Origin: Saccostrea cucullata
Lineage: Eukaryota
Direction of reading: 5' to 3'
Assembly (NCBI RefSeq): GCF_032062105.1
Contig: NW_026925910.1
Location: 62,001 to 126,000 of the forward strand
DNA: 64,000 nucleotides
Below, one piece after another: positions 38,467 through 50,961 of the stretch; the stretch's first letter is position 1; each line of letters starts with the position of its first letter. Both the position numbers and the translations under genes were made by a program. Below the pieces are notes generated by a model, which worked only from the letters and a program-made list of their open reading frames with translations, ran no database searches and had not been told where the DNA came from.

Positions 38467-39660
38467 GGGAGGACCTATGTCGTTCTACGTAAAAGCAGCG
38501 TTATGTGACGTCACAATAGCGACGTTTGTTTTTTCCCCGCTGACTTTTGCAACTGTGATTATAGGCATAACATTGTTATTAATCAATAACGTACACAGTT
38601 TACAATAAGAAATTTTTTTAATCATTTTTAACAGTTTTATTTGATTTATGGAGTTTGTTAACATTAAAATTCTCTTAATTAGGTTGATAATTCATAGCAA
38701 TTTCAGTTGTAAAGAAATACCTCCATGATTTACTGATAAAAAAGTGCAAAAAAATAGAAGATAAAATTCAGCAAAGAAAGCCGCTTAAATCAGGGAAATA
38801 TGTTTGATTTTATGTTTACCATTACATGTCATTATATTTTCTGGATAAAACTAAGAAATGTACTTGCACCTATATTTACTTATTGATTTATTGTATATGT
38901 AGATTTTATTGTATAAAGTCATTCCTATGTTCTATAAGGCGTTGGTTGTTGACGGGGAAATGGGGGGGGGGGGGGGGGCAGAATGAGTAGAATGAAGAAG
39001 AAAAGACTTTATCTGTTTAAATTATTTCTAATCAAAACAAAATACTTGGTTTTTTTGCAAAATAGTTTTATATTCAGATGTTTGTAATTGCTTACTTACC
39101 TTTCTTTTAGTACAGAAAGGTCAATATTTATGACAGAAGAGTACGAAAATAAAAGAAAACGTCATATTTCTCGTTTATTTTATCATAAAGGTATACTTTT
39201 TTCTTTGTTAAAATAAAGAAAGGGGTCATTTCTTTCTAAAGATATGAATTAAAACATTTTCACACCAAGACTTTTTAAGATATTACCTGTTATGCATGTC
39301 GGAATTTTAAAAAATGCAACAAGAAAAACGGGGTGATACTTACATTGCGCTCTTTTATAATTTTTCATGAAAGATGAATTACAATGAATTTGCCTTCGTT
39401 TTAAAGATACAAGTCATATAAATTAAATACCTGTTGATTTCGGATGTGATTTGACGTTTTTGGTTCTTTTTAACGCATATTTGGAGTAGAACAATAATGT
39501 CTAAAAATAATCTATTTTTAGCTTTTAACACGTGCTCCTGTGTAAAAATAAGCATATAAAGGTATTGTTTTTAATACCTAAAAATTAAGAGCAAGTGGTC
39601 AGGAAGGAAATGTCAAAGTTTTGAAAATTTCACACAGACTTTTCGGACATAAGTCCCCCC
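38467..39660. mobile_element. Kolobok-like non-autonomous DNA transposon
   Basis: Imperfect TIRs GGGAGGACCTATGTC / GACATAAGTCCCCCC; TTAA on the left, TAAA on the right. Confidence 0.6.
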
Positions 39661-40597
39661 TAAAAAAGGGAAAAAGACAACACCCTATTCTCTATTGAGA
39701 AGTTGAGGGGGGGTATTAAAACAAGCCATCAACTTCTCGATAGAAAATAGTTGAATCCACACTTTTCAAAAGTTATTTCCCTTTGCCACCATCTTTGGGG
39801 AGGGGGTACCGAGTTTCATTCGGAGTTAGATACCTTGTGTTATTATTATACTATAGGTTAAAAACTTATTTCTGAAACAAGTGCCTGTGGGAAAACCCAT
39901 AGAATCTTCACAGTAGCCTTTATAGTTTACTGGTTTGAATTTTTTGTCATCTGACTGAAAAATTATGTACATCTTGTGTATTGATTGCCCCAGTCTGGGG
40001 CTAGACATATGTTGCGAGAAAAAAATTAAACACAATGGATTTATCAGAACACGCCAAAATGTTTGGCAGCATAAAGAGGAGAAATGTCATTTCTTTCCAT
40101 TTGGTTGACCCCGCAAAGGGACACAACTTTTGCAAAGTTAGGATTGGACTATAGCAACACCCCAACCTCCCCCTCTGTCCTGATCAGTGGCGGATCCAGG
40201 ACCGGAATATTGAAAGAGGGGTGACCAGTCTGGATTCGGAGCTGCGGCCCAACAACCACACCAAAAAAAATTGATTTATTAAACCTTATGTATATTTTAG
40301 ACAAAAAAGGGGGAGGGTACCCCCTCCCCATTTTTAATCTGCCAATGCTCGTATAATTTATTGAAATTTGCATACAGAACACTCTAGCTAAGCTCATTAT
40401 TTATTCGTGTTATTTTTTTTAACATGACCTAATTTTTCTTCCAGACAATAACAACACATTCTAGATGTAGTTAAACTTAATGACAATGTACACTTTATCA
40501 CTATCATTACGTTATCATAATACTTGTTTATATTTCACATAAATACCCGACTTTATTCTCTAACCTGGCTAAACTTAATATTTGAAACAATACTTAC

Positions 40598-40770
40598 AGT
40601 CTCATGTCAATGGTTAACCGAGTTCCGCGTTTCTCTCGGAAATGAGAATATTAAAATATTGACCTCGGCATTTCCAGTCCATTTTCAGAAAATGTTTGTT
40701 TACATTTCTATACGGTCCTATGATAAATCCAGAGAGTAAGAATTCGGAACTCTTCTAGACAAGTGCGCGG
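40598..40770 (-). promoter_or_regulatory. Putative STAT non-coding first exon / promoter
   Basis: Strong minus-strand donor ACT|GTAAGT at 40597 next to a locally CpG-enriched patch. Inference. Confidence 0.45.
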
Positions 40771-42820
40771 ATCTAAGACCTTTTTTTTTTTTTAATGTCA
40801 CAACACATTTATATAACATCTTTAAAGACAGCAACTTTCGATGTAATATCACCAGACATAAAAGGCATAAATGAAGGTTAATCAACGAAAGGCCAGGAGA
40901 CCGTAGGAAAGAAGGGAGGGTGACGTGGGCGGGCCGGGGGGGGGGGGGTTAACGAAAGTTTTTACATACTGCTCAAGATACATGTATGTTACGTTTAATA
41001 AAATTCAACAGTTAACACAATATACATGTGTCATTTTCGTTCTTCTAAAATAAAATAAAAATAATGGGAGATATGTGAGAAAGAAAAAATCCAAAAAGAA
41101 ACCGAAAAAATTCTGACTGAATGGCGCTTTTTTACAATATTGAAAAGCTCATTCGGTACATTAAACAGTTATTTAAAGTACCATGTTGACAGAACGTATG
41201 CTGATGTTCTAGTGCTGCAACGATCGAAAAATTGGAGTTTGACCTTTTATTCTGAATTATAAAAAAATAAACTTTGAAGTACGAATGTAAAATAAAATAA
41301 ATTTTAAAAAAATTAAAATATTGCTAGAAGTTGCCCTTACCATTATGCTTTTTGTACAGCAACAACCAATATCAAGCATGGATTTCTATTAGATATCCTC
41401 CTTAAATAAGGTTTAAATTATACCATGGAAATCCCATTTGAAGACGTTATTGCACACATCTTTGGGCCAATAGTACTAGTTGTCCTATATTTTTGGGATA
41501 TATATTCGTACTTATCCATATATATAAGGCTCTTCCTTTTGACCTAAAATTGTAGGTGAAAGTTCAGAAGTGAAGTGTACAAGTGACTCAGAATTACTAT
41601 GAATCAATCTTTACAGAAAGTTCTCTGTACAAGGAAGGAAGTAGTTTAATTGTGGATAAGAGATATTTGGAGTGTCCAAATATACAATTTCATGTAGTAT
41701 TAAAGGGGGGTCAGTGTTCCCTCCCCTGATTCCTTCTACCGCCAATAATAGTAATACGCATAGGTATTGAAATGTTCATGCACCTCCCTTTCAATGCAAA
41801 AAGTTAGTGGAGTTTGGGCCTTTTTCTGGGTCTAGTCAGAATTTTTTTTCCTTCAGACACTTAATTATAGCTTGTAAATTATTTTCCGGCTACCCTCCAC
41901 GCCTTTTTATTCAAAAGAAATGACCTCGAATTCCTCTTTTCTATATAAAATTAATCACTGTATATTACATCGTTGTTTAACTATAGAAAGTTTACTTAGA
42001 GTAAGCTTTTTTTGCGTCCATATTTTGAAGAAGACCATTGTCAACCATGACCATTCGTTTTCTTCTACATTTAGGGTGGGGGGGTGTAAAATAAGAATTT
42101 TGGATAGAGAGACTAGTTTAATTTATCATTTATGAGACAAAGGATAAGATTTTTTCCTTAGAAACCACTGTTGAATTAGAACATATCGTGAAATAGGAGA
42201 CATCTCAATATTTCTTTTTGAATGTGACGAAGAAAAATTAAGTAAAATTGTCCTTTTCGTTTATATTAGCCCTTGCTCCCTATATTTTTCGAGATTTTTT
42301 ACCCAACCTTCTAAAAGATGTTTTGGTCTCGTCTTAATAAATCACATGTGTTGGGACATACGTCTTTATTCATGTACAGTAGAAGTTGCATGTATGAGAC
42401 CATGCAGGGCTTCATGGCTTAGCATGTTTAGGTTAAACTTTTCCTCAGGGCTTTTGCTGAACGACTGCTTTATAAGAAAAAAGCCAATATGCTGATGGAT
42501 TCGATCAATATTTATTAAACGATATGCAATATACAGAATGATAATGTTCCAGTTTATAACATAAATTAACCCCCATTCCTTCCATATTTAATACTGGTTT
42601 CACGGATTCCAATAAGTTTTGGTAACAAACACCTAAACATATAAATTATACCTGTATACTTGTTCATGGACTCCATAATTTGGGTGATAAGCATCATAAC
42701 CGTTTATCGATACCAATAAATTTGAGCTCCAAATAACAAAGAAATATTTTTGTTTTTTATTTGACAATAGCTTCATTGATGATTCTATAAAAGAATTAAG
42801 GAATGTCCTCCTCGGTCCTC

Positions 42821-44367
42821 TCAACTGATTCTGGATTGTAAATATTGTTGCTGGATTTCCAATGCACGATTATACATCGGAAGGTCTAATCCGTCCACAC
42901 ACCTCATGATACTGGCTTTAATAACTGGGCCATTCTTTGACGGTTCCAGTTCCCCAATCGCCTGAAATAGAGAGCCAACTGTTCCCTCCAATGGTTCAAC
43001 AAGGGTAGTGTCTATACACACAGAAGAATTTGACTGCGGGTCGGACAAAGTAGCCTGTCGTTTTACACAGTTATGATGAGTTAATCTGTAGTAAAGAAAT
43101 TAATTTATACATTACAGTAAAATTAAATGAGATCAGATTATTATATACACAGTTATGCTTAGTGATCACTAATAATAGTGTATACATCTGTACCGTAGAC
43201 AAGAAACAGTCCCTTTAATTACTTTATTCACATGTAAGCACCAATTAATCACATAACAAATATTGGTTCGAAATATCTGGCGTTTCCCAGACTTTTCCAT
43301 ACTTTTTTTTTACGATTTCGATATTTTACATACCAGGAAAACGTCAGAACCCGTGCGAAATTCGTCACCTCCAACTATAGAGGTGGCATTCTTGGGTTGA
43401 TTTTCGATATATGCATGCAAACCGAAGTAAATATCAAACTTATAAAATGTTTAATACTTTTAGTACTTACCAACAACGTTGATATGGAGTGTTTACAAAT
43501 GAGATATACAGTCAGGTGAAAACATTTTATCTGACTGCCTATACATAGATAGCTTTGTTTTCATTTCGTGCATTTTAAAAATCTTGCAAGACCTGTAGCG
43601 AAATATGGAGCGATATTTTCTTGTCATCAATATGGAGTGAGTACTAAAAGTACTCTGCTATTGAGAAGCTGTGCACGTGAGTTCCACGTTTAATTCGGTT
43701 CTCAAGTAAATATATCGAAAATCAGCTCCAGTTGTAATGCGCGGTATTCAATTTGTCGGCACGGTCAGGTATGTTATAGCACATCAAAAAATATGAATTC
43801 AATGGTTAAATATATGAAATAGGGACCAACAAGTTAGGTTATTATTTTATTTAATACCTCTCACAGGGAATAATATTCATTTTAAACGCACCAGTCCGCA
43901 GCCAGGGCTGCGTTCAGTGTAGTTGAGACTTCGTTAGGCCTACTCTTGGACTATCCTAAGACTAGGCCAAGCGTGCACTTAGGCGCTACAAATGGACAAG
44001 AGCTTGACTAGTGACATGTTACAACTTAGAAGCTAGTGCATATTTAACAGTTTAATATAACTGTTTAAGTAACTGTTTACGCAAGATATATATAGCCAGC
44101 TGGCTGCTACGCTATTAGCCTAGCATGTATGTATGAACAAATAAATTCATCGACGATGGCTTAGATTTAGCTCGCCTTGATATACCTGATTCGGTATTTT
44201 AAGACAGGGACCTATTATATAACAGTTACAGGGTGATAAGACTTATCTCTGATAAAAAAATACCTTCCTGTGACTCTGATATTTCTAACTCTGCTTGTCA
44301 AACTCACAGATTCCTCCAGTGGAATGCTCGATATAGACATTACTCTCCCACACTCGGGCAGGTCCAT
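42821..44367 (-). CDS. TEN1: CST complex subunit TEN1; exons 44264-44367 and 42821-43085 (122 aa)
   Basis: MDLPECG...NIRVTGR|LTHHN...CIDTTLVEP..GTVGSLFQAIGELE...VIKASIMRCVDGLDLPMYNRALEIQQQY matches the TEN1 OB-fold pattern (LRTFGRL..TKLVEPF..GSLY.VLGEL..KARVLTCVEGMNL). Confidence 0.9.
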
Positions 44368-44369
44368 GT

Positions 44370-44690
44370 TTTACATCTCCCGCCAAATTTATTGTAATAT
44401 TCGACAAATGTGGAAAGTAAATATCCGAAAAAAAATTGTATCATTCATTCTTTGATTTTTAAAATATATTCATTCGGGCATAAAAATTTCATATAATTAC
44501 AGAATATAAATCTGTACGTTTTAAAAACTTTTTTATGTGCTCATTTTTAAAACTAAAATTACATTCCGGAAGTATTTCCGGTTTTGTATTTTAGTATTTC
44601 CTGCCAAATAACATCGGTGTTGTGATTCGCCGAGAGACTAAAAAACAAGGTGACTCAAATGTAGATCATTTTACTTACAGAAGGTAAGTA
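44370..44690. promoter_or_regulatory. Compact bidirectional TEN1/USP2 promoter and probable USP2 non-coding exon 1
   Basis: E2F-like TTTGGCGGGA (minus, ~44377-44387), paired ETS sites CCGGAAGT/TTTCCGG (~44566-44581), plus-strand donor AAG|GTAAGT at 44684. Confidence 0.6.
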
Positions 44691-45425
44691 ATTCATATGA
44701 TAATTATTTCTTTCATTAATATTTCAAGGTGAATCATTCTGCAGTGTTAGAATGAAAGAAATATTGTAAAAAACAGCTTCAGTTCCCATAACAACGGCGG
44801 AAAATAGTGCTTCAGTCGAACCCCGTGTAGGTGTAATCAAGATGGTGGAAGATCATCTAGCTATCCGATTACAACTTATATATTTGGGTTATACTGGTAT
44901 TTACTTTATATGTTAAAGAATGTTGAGTAAATCTCAAATACACCATAAATTCCTTTATGCAACAGAGTAATCAAAACAAACAGAAACACTTCGCCTGAAC
45001 ATCAACATATTATTTTCTTGAGTTTTTTCTTGATGCAGGATGATATTAAAATGTATTTTTAGATTTCTTTATAAATTTTCCAAATTAGTTAACAAGAATT
45101 TGTTCCAATACATGTCATAAGATAGAAAATATTTGCATGAAAGTTATTTGGCAATTTTCCCAGAAAAAAATGGGTGTTAGCTGTTCATGGCCACAGGCAA
45201 AGTTAAAACAAATGAGAGATCTGTAGGGCTGAACATTTTGTGACTTTTTTATTATTTGGGAAGGGTTATGCACATCTTGAGTGCATGTTTGTATATTCAT
45301 GATGTTTTTTCCCTTGGCATCTGAAAACGCTCTCATTTGTTGTTTTAAACTGTTTTCATTTCACTTTAGGTTTGTATTAAGAATGAACACCTTTGGTAAA
45401 TGCTAAGGAAGGGAAAGGTATATCC

Positions 45426-48400
45426 ATGACGACTTATTACAGTCGCCACAATATGCCAGGTGTTCCTAGATCAACAGGATACACAGGAGGTTATAGCAGC
45501 GGTACTAGAACTCTTCCTAGACAGCGTGCGTCCAGCTTAAGTCGAGAAAACAGTGCATCAAGGCTTTACTCTTCAAGTACTAGCAGGTATTTTAGAAATT
45601 TACAGCCTCCAAATTAAATTATAACATTTATCTAGATGCACAGCAACAATTGTATGATATATATAATCACATTCTTGAAATACTGTAATACAAAAGCATT
45701 GTATTTGTGCTGTTTTCTTAAAAATAGCTTTGCCGTATTGAGGATTTTGACATCTGATCAGTTTATAATGAAAAATCAGAAGAATATGTTTGCTGCTCTT
45801 TTCATATAAGTAATGTAGATATTTCATGACAATTTTTATTGTTTTATCGGTAGTAAACCTAGACCACTTCCGAATGGCCCAGGACCCCTAGACAGCTATG
45901 GCAGAAAATTAGATGGCACAAGTTCCTACAAGATAAAAACTACCTCATCTCCCCTCCGTCCTACTGGACCACTCAAGGCTACCAGTGTATATAGCAGTTC
46001 ATACTCAACTTCTTATGGATCAGCGTACGGTTCAGGAACAAGTTCTGGGTCAACATCAAGGCCTGATAGTGGAATAAAGCACAGGCGATCCACAAGTATA
46101 TCAAATATTAGTGATTCATTGTCAGATGTCAGGTTAGACAGTGAATCGAGAAGATCAAGGAACAGAGAGGAGGCTAATGGACTCTCATCATACAGGACGG
46201 AATATACCCCAAGGAGTTCCAAGACCAAACCAGACAATGATAAAAATGATGATATATTCAGTACATCAAGAACAAGTTCCAGAAACAGTAAATTTATAAA
46301 GGATAATTCTATTGAGTTGAATGATGATAGCTACACACCATCAGTGAGCAGGAAGAGAGATGCGAGTTTGCCTCCCTTGTCAAGGAGGGACTCCAGTCCT
46401 CTGGACTCGAAGCCCTCATTCACAAGACAGAGTTCTGTTTCTCCTCCAAGTGTCAATGTAAGTTAAGTATGGTTTAATTTTTCTGGAAATTTAATACCAT
46501 CAAAACTTGTTATCTAGTACTAACTGGAACCAATGAACAACTTCACGATACCTGGGGATTTGGGATATTGCGGCTAAAATAGTGATTTTGACTTCCCAAA
46601 CCCTTGGATTTATCCACAGTATTCAAATTATTGTTTGTCAAGATATCGAATTTCAACTGTTTTTTCAAGATTCATGATACCTACAATTTTTATTTTGAAA
46701 TCCCAGTAAAGGTTGAGAGTTGTTCATGAATGTATTCTAAAACTAATCAGCTTAACAGGGTTAGAGAAATAAAATCTTGTAGAACTATTATTATTAAATA
46801 TATGTTTTATGCTAAAAAAAATTTTTCAACAGGGTTCCATGTCTCAACATATGAATGGTGGAAAAGTTGGTCTCAGGAACTTGGGAAACACTGTAAGTTG
46901 ACTTGGTTGAAGCAGTATTATATTGTAATCACTCTGAATTCATAAATAGAATTATTTGATTTTATTTTTCTAATGGGCAATAGCTTTATGTTTATGGTTC
47001 ATAGGCCCTCTGTTCTGTCATATTTAAAAAAAAATTCTGTTAAAAACACAAATGATTTAGGAAAATGAATTATTCTATAATTAGAATGAACATGATATTA
47101 GAAATACATTAGTCAAAATTGAAAGAAATTTGAATTTAACTTGACAATAAAAGATTAAAAGTAAATCACCATAGTGAGAGTTATCTCTCTTTTTAGGGGG
47201 TCAGTGAACCTTGAAAAATTAAAACTCAGTTTTTGACAAATTGTTACCTTTTTTACAGTGTTTCATGAACAGTGTACTGCAGTGCCTTAGTAACACCAAG
47301 CCTTTGTTAGAGTATTTTTTAAAGGAAGATTACATTTTGGATAAAAACACTAGCACCAGTTCTATGAAGGGTCAACTTGTCACAGGTAACTATAAAAATA
47401 AATTTGTCATGTTAACTGATGCATGGTACCAGATTTTTCCAAATGTTATGCTACCAGAATTTATTTAATTTACGATACATGAAGTGTTTTATTACATCAG
47501 TAACTTAATATCCATATATTTTACAAGTAACATGGAGGATGAAAGACTTTTTTTTGGAAAAAATAATTTAGATTATCCATTTAAGTTCTTTATGTATGTA
47601 TTGTAGCTTATGCCAATTTGATGAAATCAATGTGGGCAGAAAGAAGCGATTCCCATGTGTCTCCAAATGCCTTCAAGACACAAATTCAGAGGTTTGCCCC
47701 GAGGTTCATGGGATATGCGTATGTATCTATGTTATTTTTTTAAAAATAAAACACAAGTCCTACGTACAATAGATCTGAGAAGTCAAATCTTTGTCTTTGT
47801 ATTACAGCCAGCAGGATGCCCAAGAGTTTCTGCGATATCTTCTGGAGGGCCTACATGAAGATGTGAACAAGGTTACCAGTAAACCTAAGCCTGTCACCAT
47901 TGATGATGACGACTTTAGCAAGTAAGTCTGGAAACAGCTTTGTATTTTATAGATCAGCTGAGTACTTGTTAATTTGATGAAAGTAATTTACAAGAATTGT
48001 TTGGGGAGAAGAAAGAGTATTCTGTAAATGTTAAAAAAATTCTTGTTAGAAAATCAGATTATGAAGAAAATTCAAGAAATACATACTATTAGGTATAAGA
48101 CTTAAGAGTGCAAAAGTTCCTTCCATATTGTTATCAAGCATTAGATATTTGGTTGCTGCTGGCACATATCATGTCTGATGTTACAATGTCATTTTATTCC
48201 TTTCCAGTGATCAGGACAAGGCCAAAGAATACTGGAGAGTTTATCTTACCTATGACAACAGTCATATCGTTGGTAAGTACATGCCTACTTCATTGAGAAA
48301 ATTGTATTTAGATGATTGATGTACCTATAATCTTGTATCTTGTTATTGGTCTCAGTACAGTATACTATATAAGTGTTTGGAAAACAGTCACATTTGCTTG

Positions 48401-50961
48401 TTTAATGATCTGTATCATTCATTCATTTTAAAATATGATATATCTGTAAAACTGTAAAAAGAAAGAACATACATGTACAATCTTTTTTTATAGCTGAGTA
48501 TTTTGTTATCTTTTCTTTATAGAAATATTTGTAGGCCAGTTGAAAAGTGAGCTGAAGTTTGATTGTGATCACCGTTCAGTGACCTTTGACCCTTTCTGGG
48601 ATTTGTCTGTTCCAATTCCTAAAGTTAGTTTAGCTGTAAGTATTAACATAGCCTAATTAGCAATTGAAATAAATTGAAAAGAAATTGATTATTTCACGTT
48701 TGAATTGAAATTATAATAAAATTATGAAATGTTTACAGATGAGAGGTGATGCCAGCATTATACAGTGTATAACAGCTTTTATGAAGGCAGAAGTATTGGA
48801 TGGGGATGAGAGACCAGTAAGATCTTTTTTAAAATAACATATATATTTAGAAAATGGCTTTTTCTTGAAATTTCAAAACGAGATAGGTTTCTATTCATAA
48901 ACCTCAGCCCCTAGCCTGTTACAAATGAACTCTGACCCTTTACTTTGAAATATTGGGAAAACAAGCATCATAAATCTAAACATTGTTATTGCTGAGTGAT
49001 TTTTATAATGCATCTTGTACATTATGCTTGAAGATAAATTTGTAAATTATCAACATAATCAAGCTTAAGGAGGCTATGGGGTAAACAGATTATTTTTTTA
49101 TTAACCACCAGATATAACTTATTTTTTAGATATGATATCTTGAGCTCTCAACTATCATTTGGCAAAGAAAAATTTCATAAATTGTAGTTTTAAAATTTGA
49201 TCATTTTATTGTATCTTTATATGGAGCTCTTCTTCTAGAGGAGATCAAAATAGTCTAAAAATGGCCACGACCACCCAGCCTCTTTAAGTGTGTGGTACTC
49301 TTAAAGTGTTTGTAGTTTTATTTCCTTATAAACTTTGTCAAAACTGCCTCCATAGTATTGATATGATAACATAAGTCCACATTCTTTTTGATAACCCCTC
49401 ATATACCAGGTATGTAGATTAAAGTTTACTTATACATGTATAGGATTATGAATTTTGGAATTTTCTTTCAGACTTGCTCAAAGTGCAAGAAGAGAATGCG
49501 CTGCACAAAAAGTTTTTCCATACAACGATTTCCTACCATATTGGTATTACGTATCCTTAATGAGTCATGAAAATATTGGGTTGTTTTACTCACAGTTATA
49601 TCATTCTTATACCCTTTCATTATAAGAAGAAAAGGCCCAGTTGAGTCACATATAGAAATATCATTGTAAATTTCACGAGACTTTTAATATTTAATACTAG
49701 AAATGGTTAGTGGACAGTTTCAAAAAGAGTTTTACATGTATTACTGGATAATAAATAATGCATAACTACTTGAACATATGTGGATGTATCAGTGGACTTT
49801 TGAATTGCAAAATATATATATATATATATCATTCTCTGCATCTGACAGGTAAAAAGAACTGTCTCAAAACATCCTAGGTTTTATGTAATTCAAGAATAAC
49901 AGGTATTTCGGTATATCAGGGTTCAAAATTAACTTTTGTAAGCACTAGTCTGTACAGACTTGTGACTTCTAGTTATCTCTGGTCCGTAAAGCATTTGACT
50001 AGTCCGCCTTTTGTATTATGATAATGATAGTGTACCTGTGATAAACCTTTTTTGTGAATTTATTTGAAGCTTTTTGACCTCCTACTGTGGTTTTTGAGTT
50101 CATGCATTTTGCTAACATGTATATCATGGACTGATCCTTAACACCATACAGATTTAAAAAGATTTAGTCAGGGCAGGTATAGCCAGAAAGTGTCCACATG
50201 TATTGACTTTCCACAAGTTCTGGACATGACAGAATACTCATCAGAGAAAGGTGAATATATACAAAACTATACATGTACATGTTTTAAACTGTCAGATTGA
50301 AGTGTAACCGCAGCAGAGTCCCCTTAAAAATTATTTCCAGTAATTAATGGATGTACTTGTTTGTATTTTCTAGGCATAGAAAGTGTATTTGATATGTTAT
50401 GTGCTGCATCCATATTCCTTTACATGTTTATTTAGGAATCTGTGGACATTTCAATATACAGTTTGTTTTTGATTGATAATTTTCAGGTGGAAAGCGAGTC
50501 CTATACAATCTGTATGGAGTCAGTAATCACAGTGGAGGGGTACATTCTGGTCACTATACAGCCAACTCTAAACACCCCTACAGCGGAGAATGGCATGTCT
50601 TCAATGATACCAGGTATGTTGTACATTTTAACTGTAAATAATGACAATACGGGATTTTTTGTCTGATAGTAATTGAATTGTTTTTTGTGTAGAATCTTTT
50701 CTAGGATAAGCATGTAGTGAAAATGAGCTGTATACTATAGTTTATAAGGTTTTACAAAATGTGCAAAAAAGAAATTTCTGTTTTGGTCGAGTATGATTTC
50801 CATTGATACATACTTCCTTTCACAGAGAAGTAAAACTTGACCATCTTAATTATTGCATTGATTCTTGTTGCAGGGTCAGCCCAACAAGTGCTAGTCGAGC
50901 TGTCTCTTCTGAAGCTTATCTCCTGTTTTACGAGCGCACCTTTGACACATCTCGTCTATGA
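45426..50961 (+). CDS. USP2: Ubiquitin-specific protease 2 (USP2/USP21 family), 13 coding exons, long Ser/Arg-rich N-terminus
   Basis: Cys box GLRNLGNT|[71 protein letters not shown]; His box [11 protein letters not shown]...GHYTA..W..FND; AYLLFYE. Confidence 0.95.
49069..49283. mobile_element. Kolobok-like MITE
   Basis: TTAA on both sides, imperfect TIRs GGAGGCT.. / ..AGCCTCT. Confidence 0.55.
49551..50151 (+). other. U12-type (minor spliceosome) GT-AG intron of USP2
   Basis: 5' site GTATCCTT; branch site TCCTTAAC at 50135-50142, 9 nt from the intron end; no polypyrimidine tract. Confidence 0.9.

Noticed and set aside
40625-40645. GAS autoregulatory site near the STAT promoter
   Set aside because: TTTCTCTCGGAAA does not fit TTCN3GAA without a mismatch or altered spacing.
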